NCBI RefSeq assembly: GCF_009914755.1
Contig: NC_060936.1
DNA: 64,000 nucleotides
Origin: the human T2T-CHM13v2.0 reference genome, Homo sapiens
Reading direction: 5' to 3' (one strand)
The position numbers were made by a program, and so were the translations under genes. The notes under the pieces are model-generated. The model saw nothing but the letters and a program-made list of their open reading frames with translations. It had not been told where the DNA came from and did no database searches. Shown in pieces: positions 42,131-57,116 of this stretch (positions are counted from its first letter, which is position 1; every line of letters begins with the position of its first letter).

Positions 42131-42289
42131 TATATATATATTTCTGATAAAAGAAATAAAATATTTGTACACTGATGTATACGAAGTGGAAAAAATGATA
42201 TTGAAAAGAGGAGGATTCCTGGTACAATTAAATCCAGTAGATAACAGAAGATGCGATTTAGTTCCAACAGAGTGGCTGTTTTTAAATAG

Positions 42290-42619
42290 AATATCTATAT
42301 ATTTGTATTTTATATTTAAATATAATTTATTTATATATTATATATTTATATATTAACATATTAATATAATAAAGCTTAATTTAAAGCTTTATTGTTGAAT
42401 GAAAGGCTGACTTAATAGATTATTTCTGGACCTTATTTTTAAGTAATATTATATAAAACTCTACACGACTTTGTAAATTAATGTCCACCCCCAAAAGGTA
42501 TATGTTAAATTTTTATATATATATTTAAATATATATTTATATTTAAATTTATATATAAATTATATATAAATATATATTATATATAGTTTTTATATATTTA
42601 AATATATATAATTCTTAGT

Positions 42620-42657
<38 letters not shown>
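42290..42657. repeat. AT-rich low complexity with (TA)~17 at 42623-42657
   Basis: Read directly. Confidence 0.9.
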
Positions 42658-42659
<2 letters not shown>

Positions 42660-43596
42660 TTGGTATGAATGTAATAACATCGGTAAATTAGTGGAGGTAG
42701 TAATGTCTTTCTGCGAAAGTTTGCTCTTGATTGCTACAATTTTTCCAATGAAGTATTCCAACTCATGAATTTAAAGTGAGACAAGTTAGTGTAGTTTTGC
42801 TTTTATTCCCAGCCTTACTTTGCATGGATATAAGCCTGGTATAGGTGAATAATTTAATTAAACAAGATCTGTGTTTTACAAAGGGAGTGAAATAAAAGTA
42901 GCTTAAAGGAAAGGGAGTAGAGAGTATATACAAGGATTAAAATCAGAGACCATGATTTTAAGTTCAGTGTAAGAAAAACCATATCGGGAAGGTGAAAGAT
43001 AGTGAAATAATGGCCATTGAATAGAGCACATGTACTGGTTAGATTGAATAAGACTTGAAGTCTGCGCACTTCAGGTGAAATTTTTTTTTTTTTTTTTAAA
43101 AGAGGAAGATGAGGTTAGAGAGCAGAATATATGCATTAAAATTTGGAATGATTATCATTATGGACATAATTTCTAGGATATTTCCATGTAAATGAGTGGC
43201 TGAGGTAAGATGAAAGACAAGATCAATGGAGGAGAGGCGGTCAAAGGCAGAGATGCTAAGGTGTTGGAGATATTCTTTACATGTATATTTAAATTGCTCC
43301 AAATTAAGTCACAAAAGAGGAACTGCAAAACAGGAGTTAACATTCTTGAGAAATAGGTGTCATCTCTACCATTATAGGTTCTAATAAAGAAACTAGTTGA
43401 TGTAAAATTTGTGTTTCCCAATTTTAGTTTAATTTAAAGCTTTACTGTTGAACAAAGGCTGACTTAATAGATCATTTCTGGACCTTATTTTTAAGTAATA
43501 TTAAATAAAACACTACACGACTTCCACCTTATAGTAAGCGTTGGGAACTGAAATGAAACAGGAAGTCTCCATGTTATAAATGGAGCGAGAGGAGGG

Positions 43597-43927
43597 TGCT
43601 GTGGTTTGAATATTTGTCCTCTCCAAAACTCATGTTGAAATTTAATTGCTACTGTAACAGTATTCATAAATAGGTGACACCTATAAGAGGTGTTTAGTTC
43701 ATGATGGCTCCACCCTTATGAATGGACTAATGATATTATTGTGAGAGTGGGTTCCCCCTCCCTTCCTCTCTCTCTCTTTGCCCTTCTGTCATGTGATACC
43801 TTTGTTCCTTGCCAAATGTTTGCACCTTGAGCACTTCCTAGCCTCTGGAACTGTGAGAACAAAAATGTATATTCATTATAAATTACCTAAGTTTAGTTTA
43901 TTTAGCATCACAAAATAAGCTAAGACA
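43597..43927 (+). mobile_element. MST (MSTB/D-like) solo LTR
   Basis: tgctgtggtttgaatatttgtcctctccaaaactcatgttgaaattt...ctaagaca. Confidence 0.8.
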
Positions 43928-44044
43928 GCAGAAAAAACTCTTTCCCAGTAGATGAGGTCAGAGCATCTTCTCAAAAGACTGATAGATACCCCTATTACAG
44001 GCAGTAATGTAACTATGTACAGATGTACCAATATAAGCAAGACA

Positions 44045-44202
<158 letters not shown>

Positions 44203-44543
44203 TAATTAAAATTAATTTTAATTATTATTAAAATTAATAAGACTCTTATTAATTTTAAGAGTCTTAAACATATGGAGGTTCCCTTTAATGGTAATTAGTA
44301 AGGTTATATGAGAGCATTACAACTAAGACAATAAAGTCAGAGAAGATAAAAAGGTGAGCTGAAAGAGAAAAATAGTGGCATGGAGAATCATGTGTGACCT
44401 CTCTTAGGAGCAGAAGAAAGTATGATAATTATAGCAATGTAATTTGCTGATATAACAATATATGACAATCGGAATAACAAAACTAATGTGCTCCAACAAT
44501 GTATTGTGATAAAAATGTTAACAAATTTTAAATCATTCAGGGT

Positions 44544-44911
44544 TGCCCTGATCTGAATGTTTGTGTCAGCCCCAATATTCATATGTTGGAACCCTAACAC
44601 CACAGGCCATGGTATTATTATATTAGGAGTTGGGGCCTTTGGGAGGTAATTAGGTCATGAAAGCAGAACCCTTGTGAATGAGATTAGTGCCCTTTTAAAG
44701 GAGAACCCAGAGGGGTCTCTGGCTTCTTCCACCATGTGAGCTTACAGTGAAAGGTGGTCGTCCAGGAAACAGGTCTTCAGCCAACACTGAATCTACTGAT
44801 GTTTTGATTTTGAACTTCCCAGCCTCCAGCACTATGAAAAATACATTTCCATTGTTTATAAACCACCTAGTCTATGGCATTTTGTTATAGCAGCCTGAAC
44901 AGAGTAAGACA
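44544..44911 (+). mobile_element. MLT1A0/MSTD-like solo LTR
   Basis: tg...ctgaatgtttgtgtc...gtaagaca; perfect TSD AGGGT (44539-44543 and 44912-44916). Confidence 0.9.
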
Positions 44912-46154
44912 AGGGTCCACAGGGATTCTGGAAAGAAATAATGTGTGTTGGGTTAGGTAAGACTGGCTAGATTGGGCTGTGGTAACAATCTTCAAATTTT
45001 AGTAGACAACACAATAAAAGTTTATTTCTTCCTCACACTCGATGTCCATCGCAGGACAGCAGAGTGGATGTTCACTGTGGTTGCTCTAGGACCCAGGCTG
45101 ATAGAGTCTTCATCCCACACTAGCATGATAATACCTAGAAGTTATACCTATCACATCTATTCACAACTTGTTAGCCAAAGCAATAAAGAAAGAGAAAGAG
45201 AATATTTATGAGTAGCCATAATGACCACAAGATGTTAATAAAATAAACCAATTAAGTCGCAAAAAAGGTTTTGAAAAATAAATATGCATAATAAGTGTTT
45301 GAGAGGTAAAAAGACTTAATTCAGCTAAGTAGTCGAAAATCTGTAACACTAGGTCATGACTTGCACCTTCTGAAAAATCTAGAAACTTTTACCACATAGT
45401 CATACCCTTTAGCTCATAATTCTCAAGGGATGAATATCGTCCCTTGTATAAAACTGATTGTAAAATTCAATATACAGAGTCCTCCCAGTCAGGTGAGAGG
45501 GACAAAATTGGGCATCTAGGCCAGCATTTTTCTTGGAAAAATTTTAGAAACATTATCCCTGACCCTGCACTTCCCTTTTTAATTTTTCTCTCATATGACT
45601 CTTAAAATTTCTTTTTAGATATAATCTAATGGTTTCACAATTTGAGATACAGGACTTAAAAAAAAGTGTCTAGTCACAGTGATAAGAACTAGATATGATT
45701 TCAGAAAGAAGAAGTTGAGATCTTCCTGCAAAACATTCAAAATCTTAGTTATTTTTCTGTCAGAAAGACTGTTTAGCTTTTGCTGTGTAAGGACAAATAA
45801 AAAGTGTATATGGAAGTATTTTGGTTATGTGTTATGCACAGCTGCACTCAGACAAGGTTAGCAGAATGTTGTTATTAAGGAAGATAATGTGGGTCAACAT
45901 TTCCAAAAAACCATGATTACTTCTTTAAAAGGAAGTTTACTCCCAGAAGAGTTAATATATCACTAAAGGATTTTTGTTTTAATGGAGTGATAAGCAGAGT
46001 AGAAGAGAAGCCAGAAAGAAGAGCCCTATAGCTATTCCAATGTCACACAGCTGAGGCATGCAATGCCAAGAGAGACAGAAAGTCAATTTCCAGTTAGATC
46101 TGCATAAGATGGGAAGTTTCATGCTATAACCTCAGATATGTAAGGTGAATCTAG

Positions 46155-46511
<357 letters not shown>

Positions 46512-46656
46512 AGGAAGTGATATTTCTTAGAGTTCTATTGGAGAAGTTAGGAATAACAGCAATATAGACTGTGGAGAGTAATTCACAGAGACACACAAGG
46601 AAACATAAAGGGAAAATTATGTCGTAATACAAACTTTCTTTAGAAACTATATGATG

Positions 46657-46975
46657 GGCTGGGTGCGGTGGCTCATGCCTGTAATCCCAGCACTTCGGGA
46701 GGCTGAGGCAGCCAGATCGCTTGAGGTCAGGAGTTCAAGACCAGCCTGGCAACATGGGGAAACTCTGTCTCTAGTAAAAATACAAAAATTAGCTTGGCAT
46801 GGTGGTGCACGCCTGTAATCCCAGCTACTCAGGAGGCTGAAACACGAAAATCACTTGAAACCTGGGAGGCAGGGGTTGCAGTGAGCCAAGATCATGCCAC
46901 TACACTCCAATTTGGGTGACAGAGCAAGACCCTGTCTCAAAAGAAAAAATAAATAAAATAAATAATAAAATATAA
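46657..46975 (+). mobile_element. AluS
   Basis: Full dimer; TSD agaaactatat(g/a)atg at 46642-46656 and 46976-46990. Confidence 0.96.
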
Positions 46976-47069
46976 AGAAACTATATAATGTATTTAAAGG
47001 TAATATTTTCAGATTAACAGCATAAAAGTAGTTATTAAATATTGATGGCGATATAGGAGAATCTGTAGG

Positions 47070-47300
47070 CTCATGACTCTTGAGTCATACTATTTGAAAT
47101 AAAACCCAGACTTTGCTATTTATTTGCTATGTGAATTTTCACAGGTTACTTATCTTTCTGTGATTCAGTTTCTTTATCTATAAAATAGGATAAAATTAGT
47201 AGGTTTATGTTATTATTATTAAATAAGTTAACATATACAACTCATTTAGAAGAGGGCATGGTAGACAGTAAACACTCAATTAATTTTATTACTGTTATTA
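47070..47300. mobile_element. MIR
   Basis: MIR core: gctatgtgaa...ttacttatctttctgtgattcagtttctttatctataaaatagga...taaacactcaat. Confidence 0.65.
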
Positions 47301-48784
47301 TTCACACGAAGAATATCTTATTTGAATAATATGCCCCCTACAGGAATCTGGTAGAGTATTAAAATAAACTGCAGAATGTTAAATTATTCTCAGTAAACTG
47401 ATTATAAGGAGAAACTTGCTACTAACAGTAAAATGTTTAAATGTATTCATTAGAAATATGGCCACTAGCACAACTTAAATTAATACCTATATATATAGCA
47501 TATTATTTAAAAATAATTATCATGGTATACCCATATTTTGCTTTAAAATATACTCCTTTTGAAATGAGTAGATATACACAGACACACACACTACAGACAC
47601 ACACACACACACACACACACTTGTAAGCAAATAGAACACTTCAGAAAAGGTACAAAAATCTATTCATGATGATTACCTCTGAGGAAGGGGATATTGTAGG
47701 TGTGTAATGGGAGGAGACTTAATTTTTACTGTATCATCTTTCATGTTATAATTTTTTTACTAGAGGTTCTAATAGCACTTCAGTATAATAATATGTAAAA
47801 ATAGTTCCTTTCCCATATAGAGTTGTCTGTTTTGAATTATCATACGTATTTTCTGTTTCAATGAAATTGTTTTCTCTTGCTACAGGAGGCATAATTAGGA
47901 ATCAGAAGACATGCGTTCAATTATGTATGAACGTTAAGGGAGCTTTTTAATTTTGGCATTAGCTTCACTTTGTTGTAAGGTAGTGCAGGGGAACACCTTA
48001 TTCATTGACAACCTGCCAGAACAAGATGAAAACCAGTGCACTTTATCAAAAGGAGTATTCTCTATTTTAGATTATTTTAAAGTATATAGTTTTACAAATC
48101 AGAAAGCTATATTAGGAAGCCTTTACCATTTTATCTCTGACATCAATGAGTCAAAGTATGTTTGGTACAAATGCAAGTGACTTATCACTAGGTTATAATG
48201 GATGTCTGTGGTTCAAGGTAGCAGGGGATCCCAGAACAAAGAGTACGATTTTATTCACAGGAGAAAGAAAACAAAAAATAGCAGTGTATTCTAGTGCAAT
48301 TTCCTGGAAAGTTGTGAAATAGCTTTCTTTTTATAGTGTTAAAACTGTTGTCAATGTATATTTTAAAAACACACTTTTATCTTTTATTTTTAACATATTT
48401 GCATCAACCATTATCTAATTTTAAACTTGTCATGCAAAGTTTCTTCAAAGATAGCTATTTTAAATTGTTAGTGTTAGCACTAATAATGGGGGATATTTTT
48501 ACTTTTAGTTATCTTCTATAAAAAGTAAGTTAAGAAATATAAATTACTATTTTGTTAAATTCATTATCCTAAATATTTTACAGAAACTGTGCAGAATTAA
48601 TTGTTTGTCTCTCTCAGACCATTCAAGCCATATTTGTTTATTAAAACTATATTATTTCAGTAATTTTATAATTATGCCAATGCTGGAAAAAGATGCTGTC
48701 TTCTGATTGAACAGAAAATCTAATGGTCTAATTCATATTTTTCTATACTTCTAAAGATATAAAATTTACTTTGAAATAAACTAC

Positions 48785-49705
48785 TTTTTATTATTTTATT
48801 TTATTTTTAATTGACACACAATAATTGTACATATTTATGAGATACATAGTGATGTTTCAATACTTATAATGGATAGTGTTCAGATCAGGTGAACTGACAC
48901 ATCCGTCATCTCAAACATTCATCATTTATTTGTGTTGGGAACATACCATATCCTCCCTCTAGCTATTTGAAGCTATGTAACATATTACTGTTAACTATCA
49001 TCCAACAGTGGTAGAGAACACTAGAAATTATTTCTCCTATCTAGATGTAATTTTGTATTCTTCAACAAACCACTCCCTACCTCAACCTTTCCCTTTCCTT
49101 CTCAGTCCCTAATATTCTCTGTTCTACTTTTTACTTCTATGAGATCAACTTTTTTATAACATATTTTAACATTCACTTAAGAGTGAGAACATGTGGTATT
49201 TAACTTTCTGTTCCTGGCTTATTTCACTTAATATAATGTCCTCCAGTTCCATTCATGTTGCCACGAATGACAGGATTTCATTCTTTTTATGGCTGAATAG
49301 TATTCCATTATGTACATATATCATATTTTCTTCATTCATTAATCTGTTGGTGAACACCTACGCTGATTCCATATCTTGGCTATTGTGAAGAGTGCTACAA
49401 TAAAAATGAGAGTGCAGATGTCTCTTTGACTTAATGATTTCCTTTCCTTTGAATAATTTCCCAGTAGTGGAACTGCTGAATCATATGTTAGTTCTATTTG
49501 TTGTATTTTCAGGAACACACACTACTGTTCTCCATGGTGGTTGTACTAGTGTACATTGCTACCAACAGTGTCTAAGAGTTCCCTTTTCTCCACATTCTCA
49601 CCAGCATTTGTTATTTTGTTTTGTTTTGCTTTTGATAACATCCATCCTAACTTGAGTGAGATGATATCTCATTCTTGTTTTGACTTTCATTTCCCTGATG
49701 ATTAA
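48785..49705 (-). mobile_element. L1MA (MA4/5-like) 3' end
   Basis: T-rich tail, aataattgtacatatttat...gagtgagaacatgtggtatt...gtgagatgatatctcatt. Confidence 0.88.
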
Positions 49706-50289
49706 TAACAAACTACTTTCTAATATGCAAAATATAATGGGTCAGCTATAATATTTTCCATCTTCTGAAAACTGTGGTCATGAATAACTAATATCTAACA
49801 ATAGTATTTAAAATACAACTTCTAAACTATTATTTATTTAAACAGTATCTTTCTCTAACATGGTAATGGTAGAATAATGATTAATAATATAAAGTGTAAA
49901 AACTTTATATATTTTCATTTTCAGTTAGCTTTTAAATAAACTCTCTTTCGAAGGAACCAAAGTAAGACCTGCTGCTGTATTATTTTTAATTTAACAGAGG
50001 ATTCAAAAACAAAGTAATATAGATACATAGTTTTCAAAGCAAAGTAAATACAATTGGAATGGCAACATGATCTTTTTTATTTATCAGTAATTCAGCACAT
50101 AATCACCAAGAAATTCCCCATATATGTGCTAAATTATATTCAGCTGGATATTGGGAGAATGGGGTAAGAAATATTAGAACCTTAGACTCCTTTAACTCCA
50201 TTTACTGCCTCCTGCCTTTGTACCCTTCATATATCTTGTTTCTCTATATGTTTTCAGTCTCACAAGGTATTACTTGCAATTTACTGATT

Positions 50290-51190
50290 AATTTTTTCAG
50301 GATTTGTTTTTTTGAAACATCTTTATTTCACCTTTATATTTAAATGATATTCTAACTGATTATAAATATTCTAGGTTGATGGTTACTTGCTTTAAGCACT
50401 GTAAAGATATGATCCCATTGTCATTTGGCCTCCAATGTTACTGCTGAAAAATCAGCTGAATTTCTAATTGTTCCTTATTTAAAAGCAATCTTTTTCTTTG
50501 GCTGCCTTTAAAATGCTTTTTCATATAGGTTTTGGAGAAATTTTACCATGGTATGCCTAGCTGTAGTTTTATTTTTATGTACTGTGCTTGTGGTTGGTTA
50601 ATAGAGCTTTTTGAATCTGTGGCTTGATATTTTTTATCAGTATATAAAATGTTCCCAAAAATATTTTCACAATTATCTCTTCAAATGTGATATCTACTTC
50701 CATTCTGTTTCTTTTCTCATTCTGATACTCTAAATTCAAGTATTCTAGATGTATTCCATGTATGTTTTAATATCTCTTCTGTACTTTACATCTTTTTATC
50801 TTAGTACTTTAGTCTAAATATTTTCTTCTACATTTCAGTTAATTCACTTTTCAACCATGTCTAAACCGTTTAAACCCATCCATTGATATCTAAATTTCAA
50901 TTATTATATTTTTATTACTACAATTTTATTTTTGTTTTTCTTCATCTGATGAAATTTTCATATCATCATCTAAAAAGTAATTTTGAACTCTATGTGGGTT
51001 AACTACAATATCTAGTTCTTCCGATAACTGTTTTTTTATCTATTTTCCTCTTGATTTTCATTTAAGTCTTGTTCTTTTGCATGAGTTATATTGACTAAAT
51101 GCTAAAACTAAAATTGTAGAAATAATTTGAAACTCTTGATGATGTTATCGTCTTTCAGAAAGGTTTTTCTCTTTGTTTTTGGCAGCCACT
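50290..51190 (-). mobile_element. Ancient L1M ORF1-region fragment
   Basis: tctttatttcacc...attctaggttg...gcactgtaaagatatgatcccattgtc...tgctgaaaaatcagctg. Confidence 0.55.
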
Positions 51191-51204
51191 TAGTGCACAA
51201 AATA

Positions 51205-51717
51205 TTTGAGGTGCCTGGTACCACATTATCTTGGACCACCTGACTTCAGTACAGCTGAGGTGTACAATTGCAGGTATAATGTCAGTATTCTCTTTAACGG
51301 TAAACATCAGCATTTTGGTGCCTCTTTACCTAAAAATCTTTCTTCAATACCATAGAAGCCTGCTCCAAAACTATACATAGCCATGGTCTTGAACTGCAGA
51401 GGAAGTAGTGCTTTGGGGAATAATCTTTAATCAACAAAGGATAGGAGTCAGTAAATAAATGCTCGAGCTTTCACATCCTTCAGTAAGGGATAATTCTGAA
51501 GTAATTTCTGCGTGGTTCCTCAGAGAATTACCTGTTGGTTTGAGACCCAATTGCCTTCAGTAGTGACAAGATCAATAAAACACTCCTTATTGATTTTTGC
51601 CTCCTCCTCTGATATTTTCTCTCCATTATCTCTTTCTGCTTCCAGAATAATGTCTTAAGCAGACTATTTACATCCAGATTTTTGCATCAATCTTTGCTTT
51701 TATATTAAATTAAGACA
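51205..51717 (+). mobile_element. LTR33-like ERVL LTR
   Basis: ggataggagtcagtaaataaat...gataattctgaag...ggttcctcagag...taagaca terminus. Confidence 0.55.
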
Positions 51718-52729
51718 AGGTGGATTGTCTTAATCCAATCATGAATTGAATAGATTTGAAACTAGGCTTTAATCTTTGGAGAGCTAGTCAATTTCCACTT
51801 CACTCTTTCCTCTAGATTAAAGGCCTTTGGAAGACTAAAATTGCCTGAACTAGTTTCCCATTTTTCCTAGCTGCTGCTTACTGCTCAGCGTCTCAGCCTC
51901 TGCTCTTGAACTAGTAAATTTCTCAGTTCCTCTCCAATGCCTTTAAATAGATGTATTTGTCTGTGTCTCTGGTTCCTCATCAGTAAAGTGGATTCACCTG
52001 TTTGCTATTGTACAGCCTTTCTAGTCTCACTGAGAAAGTTGATATAAATTTATTTCCACTTAAAAAAGTTATTCAGAGCTAATGTAATTAAATATGTTGC
52101 TCAGAATAGCTTCTTGAACCTGAATTGCATGAGCTTTTCAATAGTATTTAAAAATAACAAAATATTGATTGTTTTTGGAAAATTATAATGCATAATCATA
52201 AGACAATATCATGATACATTTTCAAAGCCAAACCAAAATTTCCTTTACACCAATCATGGAATTTGTATTATGTATTACAGTATATTTTCTAGGGATAGGA
52301 ATTTAGTATTTTTAAAGTCATAATATGTTAAAATTAGTACCGTTTGGTAGGGTACATGCTGTTTTTTAGACTACAAGATTTAAGGCATGAAATTATTATA
52401 TGTTAAGACCTCTGAACAATTGCTTCTAGATGAAAGTTATGGTGTTACATAAGAAATTTCATGGCACTGTGCAATGTAAGTTCACATTTAGCTCTGACTG
52501 CAAGCAGAAAATAACTCTTGTTTCCAAAAGAGGTTTAAATAATCCTTTAATCCTCAGTGTCTGCATAATGCTGACCGCTAGGGAGAAAATAATTATGTCA
52601 GAGGGGAAAAATAGTTACTAAGTGCTCTTATAAGAAAGATGTTGACATATTGTGCAGCCATTTGAGATAACAAGTAAAGTAATTACTATTTTTGCATAGA
52701 CTATTGGAGGCATATCACACTTTTATAAA

Positions 52730-53330
52730 GTCTGTGAACTTTGAGCATTTGTTGCAAGAAAAACAGAAAAGGTGCTAACTTCAGGAAACTACCTCCTCCA
52801 TGGTGTTCTCGTTACCTTGTACATATCCATATAGCCAAAGACTTGATTCACAGCTTATTTGAGTCTTGGCAGAACATCTTATGATAATCAATAATCTTAC
52901 AATAGGGAGGGGATAAGAGGCCTGAAAAGAGCTACTATGAGGCCATCTTCTACTCATCTCCCTGTCTTCCCTGAGAGGCTGTCATGAGAAAGTTTCTCAC
53001 CACCTCTGTGTTTTGATAAGTTATGAAGCTTTCTGCCCCACTCCCCTCAGATTAGAGTGTCAGAATATAAAAATACTTAGGTGCAGGCTATATTTGGCTC
53101 CTTAGCAATGATGCATCCCACAGATGGCACTGCACTCATCTGGCTCCTGTTGTTTTAATTTATCCTTTTCAGTGTGTGGGACAAGAAACTGGTACCTTGG
53201 CCTAATCTTGTTTTCACTGACTATATAAGAAATAAACTGTCTAAATCTAAAATTGTCTCACTGTATCTTTACCAAATAATTCAGGCCTCAGGTTTGGCCT
53301 TGCCTGTCTTGTGTGTTTGCTTCAGTAACA
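52730..53330 (+). mobile_element. Old ERV LTR, family unassigned
   Basis: TG...CA-bounded GC-richer island with TATAAAA (~53066) and AATAAA (~53230) in LTR order. Confidence 0.45.
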
Positions 53331-53619
53331 GTATCTGCAAATTGAGTGTGCTACATGAGATAGCATGGAGCATATAGAAAGAGTCCAGGAGAACTGAAAC
53401 AATAAACAAATTAAGGTAGTTTGAATGGAGATCTATTGGTGGTCATATAATCCATCTTAGTTGATTATAATCATTACTTTTAAATAATAAAATGGAAACT
53501 GAGGAGAAAATTAGAATATAATAGCATAATTATAGGAAAAAATCATTAGTATATAATAGAGCTAAGCTAAAAATAGTTGTTTTGTGAAACTTATATTTTG
53601 GTTATTTATACACGTATCC

Positions 53620-54165
53620 CTCAGTATCAGTTAACTCTGTATGGTCACAATAATGTTGTATTTAAAAAAATGAAAACATTGAATGTCAGCTACATAGAAC
53701 AATAAGATTTTAATTAGCTCACAAGTTGGTGGGTAGTCTAGGATTTGTTCATTCTAGTCTACACTTAGCTGAGTTTCAACCAGGCTCGTTGCCTCTGCTG
53801 ATCTCAACTAGCTTTATTCAGTGGACTGATCTGCAGTCAGTTTGGCTGGGTTGGATCTGATCCATGCATTTATGATTCTCCTCCTGGGAACAGTACAGAA
53901 TGCTGGCCTTGCATGTTCTTCTCATGTCAATGTAGAGGCCAAGAAAGAAGACCCAATTACACAAATGCTTTTCAAGCCTTGGTTTACATTACATTTTCTA
54001 ATATCTAGCCAAAGCAAGGTCCTTTTAAACCTAGAACCAAGTGATGGAGAGCTACAGTTATCCCAATAGTAGGAGGGCACTTCAAAGATAGATGGCAGAG
54101 TGTGGATGTAATTCTACTACTGGAGAGGGAGTAAAGAGTTGGAACAGTAATGCACTCTGCCACAT
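53620..54165 (-). mobile_element. MLT1H-like LTR
   Basis: ttagctcacaagttggtggg...gagggagtaaagagttggaacagtaatgcactctgccaca. Confidence 0.55.
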
Positions 54166-56454
54166 CCACCCTAGCTGAAGTGACTCCATCTGAAGACATG
54201 TTTCAATTGAGTGCAATCACGTGTACTCAAAAGTCTGTATCCAAATCAAAAAGCAGGACAATGAATCTATATGTATGAGGAAACAAAAACACTTAAATTG
54301 CCTGTGAGTCTGGAAAGAAAATATAAAATTAACTTGTCATCATATATCAACTTTTCTTCCAACAGAGTCATGTTTTGTGTGCCTGTCATTTAAGTGTATT
54401 GTGTATTATGGTGACTACCTTTCCTACATTATTACCTACATTATTAAGTAAAAAAAAAATAGTCTTCAAAAATAGGTAAAAGGCTTTGAAGAAGGTAATT
54501 GAACTTAAAACCCCTAGAAAAGCCCATTCATTAGAAAAGTTAAAAGTTATAAACTGTATGTATAAAAGAAAACACATAAAAGTTGTAAATTTAGACATAC
54601 ATATGAACAAGAAAATGAGCAAAAAATTATTTTTTGTTTAAAAAATGTGTGTTCAATTCTGGAAAGCTTTACCATATTACCAAAGTACAATATAATCTTT
54701 TAAAAATAACTAGAGAATACCTTGTGCCATAGATCAAGTGGCTATCAATTAGTATAGAATGCCATTAAGCATAATGTTGATGTAACAGAATATGTTGAGC
54801 ATGTTAAAAAATCTGAAGAAGAAGATAATAGAGAAGGGAGTTTAGGAGGTGAAGAATGTGAGTTTCAATGGAAACACTGGATTGATCAAATGTACTAAGA
54901 AATGTGCAAATGTATATAACTTGAATATCAGATAAAGTACATTCCATGGATAGTGAGACAGGGGAGGTTTTTGCCAATGGATTGCAACAAACTTTGATAA
55001 AGTAGTTATAGTGTAAAATTTATTTTAATGCTTGTTACTAAGGCACTCAGTCAACTTAATTTTCACTGTTGATGTAAAGAAACAGCTATACTTGCTATCA
55101 AATCTTAGAGGAAAGAAATATTTTAAAGAGAAAATCATGTATGACCATGACACAACCTAGACACTTATTTTCAAAAATGCAATTGCAAATACGTTCTGTT
55201 TATCAGGACCTGCATCTAATGAGCAAAAGGGTCTTAAGAAGAAATTTATTTTAATTTTTGAAAATCATGTTCCTTTTTTAAGGTTTAATATGATGGCTAA
55301 TATATAGACATTCTCTTAGAAGAATCTTGAGACCCAGGAAAAATGATTGTCCACCAGATCTTTGAATTCAGTCACAGACGAACCTTTGGCATTTACTATT
55401 TTTTCTAATTTTCTATTTTATTTTTATTTTTATTATATTATATTTTATTTTTTTATTTACTTTTTTTTACTATTACTTGCTCATTTACGAGCTCATTCTT
55501 GTTCATCACTCATCAGCACCAATGACTATAAGCTCTATCTCCATCCTCTCACCATCAAGCCTTACCTTCCCTCAATTGATAAGGAGATGTAATTTTTAAC
55601 TAGCCTTTAGTTTTTTTATTTTGCTAAATGTATTTATATTCATTGTGAATCTTTAAAATGTTATTTCATTAATCATTTATTTATATTACATTATGTTATA
55701 AATCCTTTGCAGTAAAAAAGGATAATGTAACTTGTACCTACTACCAGATAGTACCATTGAATTTCTCCCCAAAATATACCTACAAATGACTTAATTGTTA
55801 TATAAATAATTAATTAAATTTTAAATCATTGATCTTTTAATTTTTTATATTATACGGAAAATAGAATTTTACATATTTATTTGAGTTGTTCTAATAATAT
55901 CTGGAAAAGTTTTAGGGGATTTTTATAGCCTCCCATTATTTATATATAAATGCAAAGGTAACGGAAAGATTTGGTTTGTCAGAGTCAAGGAAGAGTGGAA
56001 CACAAAGGTTTTCTAAAATATATTTCTCATGTAAGTTTAAAACCATATTTCCACTGAAAATTGTGTTAGTCTACATAACTCTTTAGCTTTCCTCACACTC
56101 ATTAGGCATTAGATGACTAACAAATTATAAAAGTAAAGACTTATGGCCAATTTTATGAAGTACCTCCATAAGGCATGCGGCCTCCGAAGCCCCTAACTAT
56201 TCACATAACTACGCAATTGTACAATAGCCATAACAAAATTGCTCTGTTAAGCTTGGATCAATAATCACTCTATTTTTGTGATTTTTTACAAAAGAAATAA
56301 AGACAATTAGGGTTCATTTATCCATGTTTTCTCAAACGTCGTCTTCTTTGTGAGCAAACTTGAGTAATCTACTCAGCTGCTTCCTAAGATCGCTTTTTAC
56401 CAACTTGTTAAACACTCCCAAATCTTTTGTCAGCCTAATACAGGCCATATATGG

Positions 56455-56846
56455 TGTTAAACTGACTTTAGCCTAAAGCTGCCTCCTTACATATTTTAAG
56501 TTCAGCCTAAAGATTTCTCCATACATAGTGAACTTAACTGGATGTGTAAACAGACTTCAACCTACTCTTGTACCATCACCAAGTTTCAGCCAACCAAAGG
56601 TGGCCAACTGTTCAAACTGTGTTCAAATAAGGCAAACACTGAGCTGTAACCAATCTCACTGTTTCTGTACCTTCCTTTCATTTTCTGTACCATCACTTCC
56701 CTTTTTCTGTCCATAAATGTTCCTCTGCAAAATGGCTATGCAGGACTCACTGAGCCTACTCTGGTTCAGAAGATTGGCTCATGCATGGATAGTTCTTTGC
56801 TCAGTTAAACTCTTAAGTTTCATTTGTCTAAGGTTTTTCTTTTAAA
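56455..56846 (+). mobile_element. MER57 ERV1 solo LTR
   Basis: tgttaaa...gcctaaagctgcctccttacatattttaagttcagcctaaag...ttcaaataaggcaaac...gtttttcttttaaa. Confidence 0.88.
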
Positions 56847-57116
56847 GTAGGTACCTAAAAGTAGAGTAAATACACTGGTATTTAGCAGGATTAGATGCTT
56901 CTAAAAATCCTAACAAAGTACATAAAATTTACTCAGGATATGAAACTGGAGTTTCCGGCTTTAGTTCAATAATTTAGAATTTATGTGGTAGTTTCTTGCA
57001 GCTTTAGAAACTCGTGCTCATACAGAAAGTAAAGATCTTCAATAGTCTGTGAGATTTAAATCAGTTCTAGCAGAATCTCAGCAATGGATAGCAATAGTTA
57101 AGGTCCAGAGATCAAC

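Larger units (their letters stand above)
41440..43350 (-). mobile_element. Fragmented L2, interrupted by an Alu and an AT-rich tract
   Basis: gaaaaccaataaaatgtgttgtttcaaagccaa...aagagcagtttcagtagagt; minus peptide ATHLHGNILEI resembles the L2 endonuclease PTHxxGHTLDL motif. Confidence 0.55.

Noticed and set aside
47865-47960. Acceptor-like ttttctcttgctacag, and a similar site near 8045
   Set aside because: Isolated splice-like motifs are common in AT-rich DNA; no recognisable coding exon follows.
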